Source: Chrysomallon squamiferum (lineage: Eukaryota > Animalia > Mollusca). Taken from it: 64,000 nucleotides of DNA. The stretch is from positions 20,956,001 to 21,020,000 of the forward strand of contig CM022671.1 in assembly GCA_012295275.1 (NCBI GenBank). The letters are read 5' to 3'. The translations under genes were made by a program, and so were the position numbers. Shown one piece after another: positions 29,101-39,233 of the stretch. Positions within the stretch are counted from its first letter, which is position 1. The number at the start of each line of letters is the position of its first letter. Below the pieces are notes generated by a model. It worked only from the letters and a program-made list of their open reading frames with translations, was not told the DNA's origin and searched no databases.

Positions 29101-30300
29101 TTTTAAAAATATAAATAAACAGAATATTACAATTTTATTTCTGAATGGCATTGGCGCAAAAATATGAAAACAAAGATTGGTTATGAATTATTTTCACACT
29201 GATATTTTTTACTCAGTTACATTATTAATGAAACAATTTTTCCTATCTAATATCTGTATTTTCTTCTTTTTAGATAAAACTGAATCTAACTTACACTTCT
29301 CCTTCTAAACATATAGTTGGCCCTACTTTGTTTCCTTCACCAGTTCTTATATAAAAAGCCACCTGATCAATTTTGCATTGAACACCACAGCGAGAATCTG
29401 TAAAACAATAGTTACAGATCTATTATTAAACAATCATATACATTGTTTTCTTGTTCTTATCCCTTCTTTCTGCCAATTCACTTGCTCACTCCTTTTTTCT
29501 CTCCCATCCTGCTCTCTCTTTCCACAGAACATATGAATATTAACTTACATTTCTTAAAATATTCAAACTTTAGAAAAATAAAAGGATGCAGGTAATAAAA
29601 TACAGAAGCAAAAACCAGTTCGATCTTTTCAATGGTGTACTAAAAATGCAAAAAATATTATTAACGATATAATGATATATACTATTAATCTAAATTGACT
29701 ATTATACAAAAAAACATATATACAGATATGGCTAGGTTAGTAGGTAAATACTCATTTATTACCATATGACACAATGCTTATAGTACACGCAACATACAAT
29801 GCCTGAAGGGTAAACATTTGAATTTACTTCTGTGTTTTGGCTAATCTTACTAAAAATTATTCTTTTTCCTTTTTAGAACAAGTTTGAAAACTGAATTTGA
29901 AAGAATAGAAACAGTTTAATAAAAAAACAAATATGTTTAAATGTGGAAAGTGTTACTTCCATCTTGAACTATCAAGACACAAAGAAAGGTCTTGACAGTT
30001 TGATTTGAAAGTAATAATCTCGCTGTTTTATTTTTTGCATCCATCACTGTTAAATCCAGAAGCAAATGGTCAAATAACAGCATATTCTTTTATGTGTATT
30101 GTTGATTTCTAACTTTCTTATTTTACTATTTTCATTAAATGGATACATACAGATCCTGACGATGTCCATCCATTATAACAAAATTCATTTCTTTTGGTTT
30201 ATGTTGATGATTTATCTTTTAGTTTAATCAGGTTACATGACCTATTCAACACTCACTCACTCACTCACTCACTCACTCACTCACTCACTCACTCACTCAC

Positions 30301-30347
<47 letters not shown>

Positions 30348-31266
30348 CTGTCCCCTCCCTCTCTCTCACATACACACACACCGATATATAAATACAATTT
30401 CTCAGTTTGAAGAAACCTTAATACTTGTAGTTCTATGTAGCAAATTTAGTTAAATAAATCATTTTAATTTTTCAACATGCTGTAAATAAACAGCAGATTT
30501 TTTATAATACCTGATAAATTCAGCTCTCCACGAACATCCCAAATATTATGATCTAAAATAACAAAAACAGAGATATATATAATTGTTATACACTGATGTA
30601 TATACTGTTATGTTTAATTTAAAATTTTAGGTTTAACTGACAAAGTGGCAGTATAGATTTTATACAGTAATTAATGATGGCTTGATAATAAGAACACATA
30701 CACACTCACCCTAAAATTAGTTAATAAATAAAGATAAAAGATAACCATATAGATGACTTACTGGATTCCATTAGAATAAGGTGAATGCAGTAAATAACAA
30801 TACTGGCACAAAAAATGATGCCTAGAAATTGTTTCGTGCCTGAAAAAAAACAAAAAACAAATGAGTTGTTTTTGCAATATATATATTATTATATATATAT
30901 TTTTTTTTTTTGCAGGTAAACTACAATACATGAACAAGAAAGTATAATAAAATTTGAAAAATTACACTATGTATATTGCTTTTTAATAAGACAAAACATT
31001 TTTTAAAAGAAATAATATAAATAAAAATATAAAATGAAAACAAAAACGATTATTCATTAATATAATCATTTATTTTTATCTTTTCACACTTGAAATATAT
31101 TACTGTCTGTAAATGGAGTTGCTGTCAAGTAATAAAATATAGTTTTAAAGAAAGTAATTATAATGATTATCTGTGAAATGTAATACTCACTTCCAAATTT
31201 TCTGTTAATGAATCTTCGAGCGGTGCGAATAATTTTAGGACCTGACCGTCCACCACGATGAGCCAT
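14765..31266 (-). CDS. POMGNT1-like (GT13 fold) type II membrane protein with two tandem ILEI/PANDER (FAM3-like) domains; 25 coding exons, 832 aa
   Basis: GT-AG exons, all phase-compatible, in transcript order: 31191-31266, 30762-30839, 30511-30552, 29295-29397, 28999-29057, 28658-28708, 28164-28248, 27785-27911, 27034-27100, 26487-26670, 25957-26066, 25342-25426, 24851-24977, 24151-24220, 23614-23712, 22997-23092, 22553-22629, 21579-21672, 21179-21228, 20653-20779, 19491-19623, 17729-17878, 16452-16616, 15445-15576, 14765-14876 (2499 nt with TAG). An in-frame TAA lies 4 codons upstream of the ATG. Basic N-tail MAHRGGRSGPKIIRTARRFINRK, then TM FLGIIFCASIVIYCIHLILM. FAM3-type motifs GPTICLEG, GRGLNVV/GRGFNVAV, FRDSFLLIGQKG/FRDVWYFVGQKG. 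POMGNT1-like segments RRHFCEKYDGY, VPIAVV, SPDF..VSAWN, YRVEEFPGLG, PDVSRV, PRNLHKGLLRF. Family call is from motif recall; strict orthology to POMGNT1 is not established. Confidence 0.88.
19625..20110. repeat. Degenerate ~28-bp minisatellite
   Basis: Many diverged copies of aaatacatgacttcataatttgtatttt, starting at the acceptor of exon 19491-19623. Confidence 0.8.
24151..26590 (-). other. ILEI/PANDER (FAM3-like) domain 2 of the POMGNT1-like gene
   Basis: CGVTESCDSQMFPVSVYTGHANEKQPEICVSGRVVMAENLNNAGRGFNVAVVD...VIAVVADDG...FRDVWYFVGQKG...WPKPLKAAFCVP. Confidence 0.8.
27034..29397 (-). other. ILEI/PANDER (FAM3-like) domain 1 of the POMGNT1-like gene
   Basis: DSRCGVQCKIDQVAFYIRTGEGNKVGPTICLEGEVLISPELKNYGRGLNVVSVN...VLMASFDE...FRDSFLLIGQKG...AGCF resembles the FAM3C-type domain, including the CG..C and GPxIC cysteines. 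Confidence 0.8.
30250..30344. repeat. (CACT)n(CT)n compound microsatellite
   Basis: Direct reading. Confidence 0.95.
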
Positions 31267-31641
31267 TCTCTGATTTTACACACAACTTTTCTTATTCCAA
31301 ACTGCTGTATCACTCTTTATGTAACTAGTCTCATACTCTCATCTACTGGAATGTTTAGATTTGTATATTACAGGTTCTTTGGAGGTTTCATTCATTCTGT
31401 TTGTTCCATAGTATGAATACTTTCTCTACGGTTATCCGAGGTACAGCGCAGTTGTATCCACTTTCCTTTAACCGTGGGAAAATTTCCTAATGAAAAAATA
31501 ATAAAATGTCACTGTATGTAGAATCTAATAAGATAAAATGACTTGCTAATTTATCACTAATAAAAATGCTCATTCGTCTGAAAATAAAACACGTTAGTTA
31601 ACGTAGAATGACAATGCTGTTGACCACTGATTGTGTGGACC

Positions 31642-31781
31642 TTGGTTTACCAGATTTCAGGAAATCTGAACCAATCTAGAAAAATCATAAATTTTAACTT
31701 ACTAGCAATCCTTACTACTACTGCTAAGGTACTGGTACTAGTAAGTTATTCTGAATACCACTATATAAACATGGCAACCCT
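31642..31781. mobile_element. Possible hAT (Blackjack-type TIR) MITE remnant
   Basis: Left tggtttaccagattt and right atggcaaccct approximate AGGGTTGCCA...TGGCAACCCT termini. No clear 8-bp TSD. Confidence 0.25.
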
Positions 31782-32154
31782 CTCAACCCACTATCCATGA
31801 AGGTAAGAGTAAATTTTACAGTTGTACCCATAACCTTCCTAACCTAATAAACTTCACCCAACCTAGCTTAGATGTTTGTTTACATATTTGTCTACACTGT
31901 TTTTATGTCGGTATATTATTCTTACATCATTATATTTTTATATTACATATCTGTTATGTGTACTAAAATGTATTGTTTACATTAGCTATTTCCCAGACTT
32001 TTGCATTTTCTGGACCAGTGCTCTGTTAGTCTGGGAAATAGATGGTTAACAGTATTTACCACCATCAACATTAAGAAAACTGTAAAATGTATGTATGTAT
32101 GTATACAGGTACATCACACAGTACACACACACTCACACACACACATACAATGTA

Positions 32155-33140
32155 TACTGAACCAAAAAAAAGAAACTTCTGATTTGTACATTGTGTAATG
32201 AAATTATATAGGTAGTATTAGCCTTGAGCTGTATTATCAAGATTCATGAATGTTTTCAATTATTTTTGCACTGTTAACCATCAACAATGTGAAACTCAAT
32301 TTATACGTGCAAGCATGATTCGACACATCCCTTGAAGTATTTGGTAAATATGTTTTACCTGTCTTACTGACATTGTTGTCAAGTGAACAAAAATGGTAGG
32401 ATTTTTAATACGCCAAGAATACCCAATAATTTATGTGAATGGGCAATAGGCATGCTTAATGCAGGCATGTCAACAGAAGACATTGCAAGGCATTTTGGGG
32501 GTTCTAGTTCAGCGATATGAAATCTGCACACAAGATTTCAAACAACAGAAAGCACCAACAACTTGCCACTTCATGGACATCCACTACATCATGAATATAC
32601 ATTTGCACAATCAATTCCAAACTGCCACTGTTCCTGCTGCTAACGCATCTGGGCTTCATAATAACTGAACAGTAGGCAAACTGTTCTTTATTATCTGCAG
32701 CAGAACAGTTTACAGGGACAACGTCCTTACATCAGATATATTTTAACACAACGTCATTGTCTAAATCGTCTTAAGTGAACACGTGTACACACTCAGTAAC
32801 ATTGATTTCATCGATGACTGGCCCATGAAAAATCCTGATATAACCCCACTGTGCATGTCTGGGATAGACTTGACAGATGATTGAGGCGTCGTCCCAACCC
32901 ACCCATTAATATCAACAAACCTTGTCAAGTGCTCAGTCAAGAATGGAATATTTCACCAGCAGAAATCAACAATTTAGTCAATTCTATGTGGTTGCAATGC
33001 ACTGCAGCGGTCAATTCAAGAGGTACCCATTATTAAATGTGTTTTTTTTAACCTTACCATACTTGATCAAAATTTCTCCCAGGTTCTGTTACGTGTTAGT
33101 GTTAACCTATGGCCATGATTTTTGCACCAAACAATGCATG
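32155..33140 (+). mobile_element. Decayed, internally deleted Tc1/mariner (Tc1-type) transposon
   Basis: Tc1-like left end (tatactgaaccaaaaaaaagaaac) at about 32153-32176, followed by a disrupted transposase at 32410-33036. No matching right TIR was seen, so the right boundary is approximate. Confidence 0.8.
32410..33036 (+). pseudogene. Tc1-like transposase pseudogene
   Basis: From ACG (mutated start): PRIPNNLCEWAIGMLNAGMSTEDIARHFGGSSSAI*NLHTRFQTTESTNNLPLHGHP, i.e. a PAI helix-turn-helix and degenerate GRPR. Then DFIDDWPMKNPDI..HVWDRLDR*LRRR (degenerate WPxxSPDLNPIExxW) and ..QEWNI..EINNLVNSM..CTAAVNSRG. It has stops and frameshifts and lacks the first two catalytic Asp regions. Confidence 0.85.
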
Positions 33141-33633
33141 ATGACTCACTCTTTACACACATATATTTAACTATTATTACCCCGGTTCTTATATAATATA
33201 CATAATCACGATAATAATATTAATAACAGTTAATTTCAAATAAATAAAGATCTTAATATAATAATAATATTAATATAATTAATCTACTTGCACTATTAAA
33301 TAAATATATTTTAATCTACTTTAGATCTTGAATACTGTATTTTAATGAAAGCTAGACATTAGCTAAGTTCTCTAAATGTCAATGAGTGCAGAAATGGAGA
33401 CATGTCAATGCACATTATAGTACACGTTAAGTAAGCTTTATCAGTTTAGAGTTTTAGTTTATCATTTATGCTTAGCAGTCTGCGTTACCATAAATAAATT
33501 AAAATATTTGGTTACAATAATTTTGTTTCTTATAGTGATACAAAATAATTATTTTAAGTTAAAATGTAACTAAAAAAAATATAGATAAATAAAAAAAAAT
33601 AAAAAAAAGTAAATAAAAATAAACATCACTTAC

Positions 33634-33661
33634 GAGCACTGCTCTACTACTTTACTTCCGG
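33634..33661 (-). promoter_or_regulatory. Candidate promoter and non-coding first exon of the POMGNT1-like gene
   Basis: Perfect ETS/GABP motif CCGGAAGT on the minus strand (33654-33661), then about 20 nt downstream a consensus donor ctc|GTAAGT (33633). A matching acceptor ttttttcattAG opens the ATG-containing exon at 31486. Confidence 0.45.
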
Positions 33662-34114
33662 TTGCCTGCACGCATTTGACTCCACCTCTATTAATACTAA
33701 ACATTAGATTTTGTTTTTGTGAATTGCTAGAAGAACCTAAATTTATTTTGTCAATATTTTGATAGTTTACTTGGGAAATATATAAAATAATTATTATTCT
33801 GTATTTAATTATGTTAAAAAAGGTTTATCATTGAAAAAATTATAAAGGTTTTATATTCACTGCAGAAATAGTTTATACGGGCTAACGTCCTGCATGATTC
33901 AGAAATAATAGCCGCTAAAATTAATGTTCGTATCGAATTTTTAAATGATTCACTAAGTAGAGCACATTTATCGTTGTTTGTAACTTTAAATCTGTCCAGA
34001 TAACATTACAATGAATAACATCAAAAAATAAGGAGAGTTTGTGCTGTTTAGCTGGGTTCAAAATAAGATGGTACTAATTAAGAGAAGCATTTATTTTGTT
34101 GTTGTTTTTTGTTG

Positions 34115-34145
<31 letters not shown>

Positions 34146-34758
34146 TTTTAAGGAAATTCTAAAGAGAGAAGTGTCAGTTTGTTTTAAAACAGAATTAATT
34201 TTGGCAATTAATTTGAAAAATATAGTGGAACTGCAGCGTTTATGTATGACAAAATAATTCACTAGGCCAACCGTATCATTATAATTTCATATTTTATATG
34301 GTTAACGTTAAATGTCATTCCAATAGCGAATTACTTGGTATCATAACGGATGGTGTTAACGTGAAATGGATAAATTTGTATTTAATGTGAAGAAAGCTGA
34401 ACAAAATTGCAGTTAGATGAAAGAAAAATAAATGTTATGCATTTCTTTAAAAATAAATAAACAAACAAAACAAACAGACTACTGAATTTCATTTCATTTT
34501 ATAAGAACTTAGTTTTTCTTGCTGCTGAAAATCCAAGTGTTTAATTTCTTTTTAATTTTAATGAATGTCCAGCTTTTGTTGATCAAAGAACGAACGAAAG
34601 GGCAGTAAACCTTTTACGCAAGAATAAGCTTTTTAATTCAATTTCTGATTTAAAAATTAATGTCTTTCAGTTATTGGTAGTCGTATAAAATCTGTGATGT
34701 ATTAATGTGAACCTTATCAACTATACAAATGCACTGAATGCGAACATTGATAATAGTA

Positions 34759-34799
<41 letters not shown>

Positions 34800-34801
34800 A
34801 G

Positions 34802-34956
34802 ACTGATATTCGTCTAATTTTATTTGGCGCAGTTTTGGAGAAAAATCAGTTGTCGTCTGCAGTAATTGGCTGATATCATCCTTCTTTCAGATATCGTTGT
34901 TTACTTTTCTGGCCAAGAATTTAAATTAGTGACATGAACAGGTAAAATTAACAACA
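34802..34956 (+). promoter_or_regulatory. DSTYK proximal promoter/5' UTR region
   Basis: Immediately upstream of the ATG (acaacaATGg). Contains TTTGGCGC (E2F-like) and a reverse CCAAT (ATTGG). Preceded by poly-T...tAG at 34801, which could instead be an acceptor for an upstream UTR exon. Confidence 0.35.
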
Positions 34957-35544
34957 ATGGCAGCAAGTCTGCCAAATGAACTTCGTAGATTCTGTGGACA
35001 TGTGGATCGTCTCAGGCAAATTCTTGAAGAAACCAAAAGATGTTTTGATGGCATCAATTCTTCTGCCCATTTCGATGGAAGTAAGTTGCAAAAAGTTCTG
35101 TCACTCACTCACTGTCACCTCCAAGTCTCGATTTGGTTTAAATACATATGTGTATATGTGTGCGTGAGTGTGTTTGAACTTGTGAGTTCGTGTTCATGTA
35201 TAATTTACCATTTCTGATATTGTTTAATCCGTTTTCGGCTGTGATGCCAGATAATTATGTTAATTACTAATTGATAAGTACTAACTTACTAAGGCAGTAC
35301 TAATAAGTAATATCAGAGTAGGTTTTTAGTTTTTAGTTGACCATCAGCCATAATAATGATTGATATAAATTATAAATCTAGGTTAGTATTAAAACCATGT
35401 GTGTAGCAACTGGATTTTGTTGGAGTTTTATTGTGTGTTTTTTTCTTCTTTTTTTTCTGTTTCATGATACAGATATAAACAGAAATTCTGTGATTTATAG
35501 TAATTCCGTTGTCAAAATTATATGTCATAGATCTGACAGTAAGA

Positions 35545-35577
<33 letters not shown>

Positions 35578-38500
35578 TGTATGTATGTATGTATGTATGT
35601 ATGTATGTATGTGTGTGTGTGTATATCATTACATGTGAGTGAGTTACACTTCATTTATATGTATTTAAATTAATAACTTGTTCTTTTTATTTACAGCTCA
35701 GATTGTTACAGCTGAACTGTTGAAAGAGGAAGAACTGGAAATTGCCTCAGTTGTTGAAAAACCTGTAACCATAATTATTTTTGGTCAGACGCCATACACC
35801 AAATCCCGAATTGTTAATGAACTGTTCAGCAAACATGGTAAAGGAATATTTCCTTCACTGGATGAACGTGACAACGGATCAAGATTCAGGCTTGTTCGAT
35901 TTCGCCATGGTGAAATACTTTCAGTCAGTTTGTCCTTACCTGATGACTTTGATCTAGTTGACCACTTAGAAGCCTACAATGGAACATGGAATACAATTCC
36001 AAAGAAAGACATTGAGCTCGATGTTGATGGAAATGGTTGCTTGGATCAAGCCAATGATGTTGCTGATCTTGAGGTTGCCATCAATCATCCATTGCTACGC
36101 TTCGGAACACGCATTGTTGTGGCACCAAGCAAATATGGTGACACATCAGAAGAGGTGTTGAAGAAATGTTTTAAAAATACAACACCAATTCTAATGTACG
36201 GACTTGTCAAGGACCATTTGTCTGACAAGGTAATTATTCATTTGCAGATTTATTCAGTGTTGATGTAGCATGTTGCTATTTATTGTTATTTATTTAACTT
36301 TATTTCATCAGAATTATTTTATCGCAAAATTAAGGAAATTTCATTTATTATCTAACATATCCTTTGCTAGTTGTAAAGTACAAAATGGTATTTCATTTCT
36401 CCCAAAATTGATTCTTGTGTTTTGTTATGTTCACTATGTTTTGAAATGCTGAGTGAAGAAGTATCAGAGAAGATTATATAAACTTTTATGTTTTATCTGC
36501 ATTTAATTTTCTTCTTTCAGGATCTTTCCGAGCTCAGTGAACTTGGTAGAATGACAAATTTCAAACCAGTGTTCTTTGTCAGAGTTCCTCCCCCAGGCTC
36601 TAAGTCTGTAGACATGGACCCACCCGATGGTGCCCCTGGCATTCCTACTAAGTCAGCTACATTACCCAGAGACCACAGTAAGTCTGGATCTCAGTCGTGG
36701 CCAGGGAGCAGGGAGAGCTCAATCAACCGCTACAATGGCATTTCAAAGTCTACCGACAGTTTAGCATTTCAGCAGTTATGTCGGATCGGATATCTCTCTG
36801 AAACCTCTGGCATTACATACCAGAAGTCTCTGTCTCAAGACTATTTTGATGTTGAAAGCAAATTTTTGAACAGATTTCAAGATTTTCATCAACAGTTTTC
36901 TATTTTTACAAAGAAGACGTTGCAGGGTTATCTTATAAACTCCTCCGTTGTTCTCAACAATACTCACACTCGTTGCTTGAACATGTTTATAATGTCAGCG
37001 TTTGACATGGCCAGAGATGCACTAATCACACCCAAGAAACTTGAATTTGTCAAGGAAAAGGAAGAAGATCTGTACAAGTCGTTGCTGAAACTTGCTGTGT
37101 CTAAGCAAGATGAAATAAAAACTCTGATATCAGAAACAATATCGTCAATGCATTCTGATCTTGTTGAACAAGCTGCTGACTATGATTTTATAGGTGAGAA
37201 TAAATTATTTTTTATTTATTTAATGTTTTTTTTCTTCAAATTTTATACATTTGGATAATTTTAGGAATTATGTTGTTTGTTTATTTTTAGTTTTTTAGGT
37301 TTTTTTATTATTATTACTCTTTTTTTTTGGCTACATTAATAAAAAAATTGTTGAATATAATATATTTTTAAAACATTTTTATTATTTGATATTGTGTATT
37401 TTATTAAAGATTTTATTTATTTATTTTTTTGTTTTTTGATGATTTTGTTTTTGTTGTTTGTTTTGATAAATTATACAAAGTAAAATTGTTCTTACAGGTA
37501 TTTTGCTATATTTCATTAATTACTTCAAAAAGAAAAAGATTAATTTCCATGTTTGATGCTGTTTAACACACATTTCTAATAAATTTCTGCTGTAATAACT
37601 GAAAAGTTTTAAAAACTGTATGTTTTTTTATAAATTTATTACAGGTGTTGATATTGATGAAAATGGTCAAATCCAGACATCCAAGGGATTAAAAATTTGT
37701 GCTTCTCAGATTCAGGATCTTGTTCTAGGACAGTTGAATCATGCAGTTGCTGGCAAATTGATGGGATCAGTTGATATACTTAGAGATTCCTATACAGGTA
37801 ACTTTTATTTATTTATTTTTCTTTTCTTTCAGTTGCTGGCTGTCTTTGTTTTATTCTCTTTCTTGGTTTCTCTGATGAGAAAAGTAAATGACAGAGAAGA
37901 ATTGCAGGTTATTAGTACTAAATTTTAACATCTTCATTCATTCTCACTCTCTTTCTCTTTCTTTCCACCTTTGACTATTTATCTCTATTTCTCTTTCTCT
38001 CTCTAGTTGTCTTTGTTATTTTAAAAAAAAGTTCTGGAGAGACATGAAGTATTTTAAATAAAATCACATCTATAAAGGTTTCTTTTTAACTCTTAATCTG
38101 CTTACAGTTATAGTCTAATACATACAAAGAGAAATTACAGAGTACGGTTGTCAATTGTTTTATTTTATTTATTTATTTTTTCAAATATATATACTCTTGG
38201 ATAATTTTGGGAATTATATTTTTTATTTATTTGTTTTTTTTTATTATTACTTTTTATTATATATATTATTCTTGGGATTATATATATATAACTCCCTCAC
38301 TCTTTTCTTTCTGTCTCTGTGTCACTTTTACTCTCTCAGAATCAATGTCAGACAATGACATTTTAGGTTACATAGTTTATTTCATAGCATATTATTGTAA
38401 CCAAAGAAAATCTAAATTCAAAATTAATGTTAGTGTTAATGGTATGTTGTTTAATAGTTGTTAAATAACAGTTTTATATAAGCTATAAATATTTCATAAA

Positions 38501-39198
38501 TTAAAAACTGAAAAAACAAAAATAAAATAAAATACCAGAATGATGTATTAATATCTGCTTGAAACTTTAATGGAATTTGTTTAAATGTATATTTATAGAA
38601 ACAATTAAAAAATTGTTAAAATTGAAATAATTATTTTAAAATTAAAATTGGATCAGTTTTGTTACTGTCACAGACACTACTCACAGTCATATGGGTGTCT
38701 GGTTCACATGATTTATTATGAAACAGTACATAAATAGCCATTCGCTCTTTGGGTGTTAACTTTCACAAAAGGTCAAGGGCCAGTGGTGATACATATATAT
38801 TCTGTTTTACAGCTATGTACATACACATAGAATTAATTCTTTCCATTTTCTTCCTATTTTTTATACAGCTGTTTCTATTTTACACAGGTTAGAAATTATT
38901 ATATAACAAGGAAATATAAAAGAATATAAGAGGGCATTTTAAATTTTTTGCTATATCCACCCTCAAATCTTTATCATAAAATTATGTTCACCTGTGCCTA
39001 AATTTCTTCATGTTTTTTATCATTATTGTTCCATGTTTCATTCTCACCAAATAATTTTAGTATCCTATTCATTAATTTAAGAAGCAATGCTTTATGGGCC
39101 ATTTCTTGTTCTAGACAATACCCTTTTTACAATAACAAGGTGCTTATTAATCACTGAGAACAAACCGGTGGGAGTAGGTTTACACATTTATCATTGTC

Positions 39199-39233
<35 letters not shown>

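Noticed and set aside
32459-33170. ORFs 32459-32668 and 32922-33170 as genes
   Set aside because: Off-frame reads of the disrupted Tc1 transposase.
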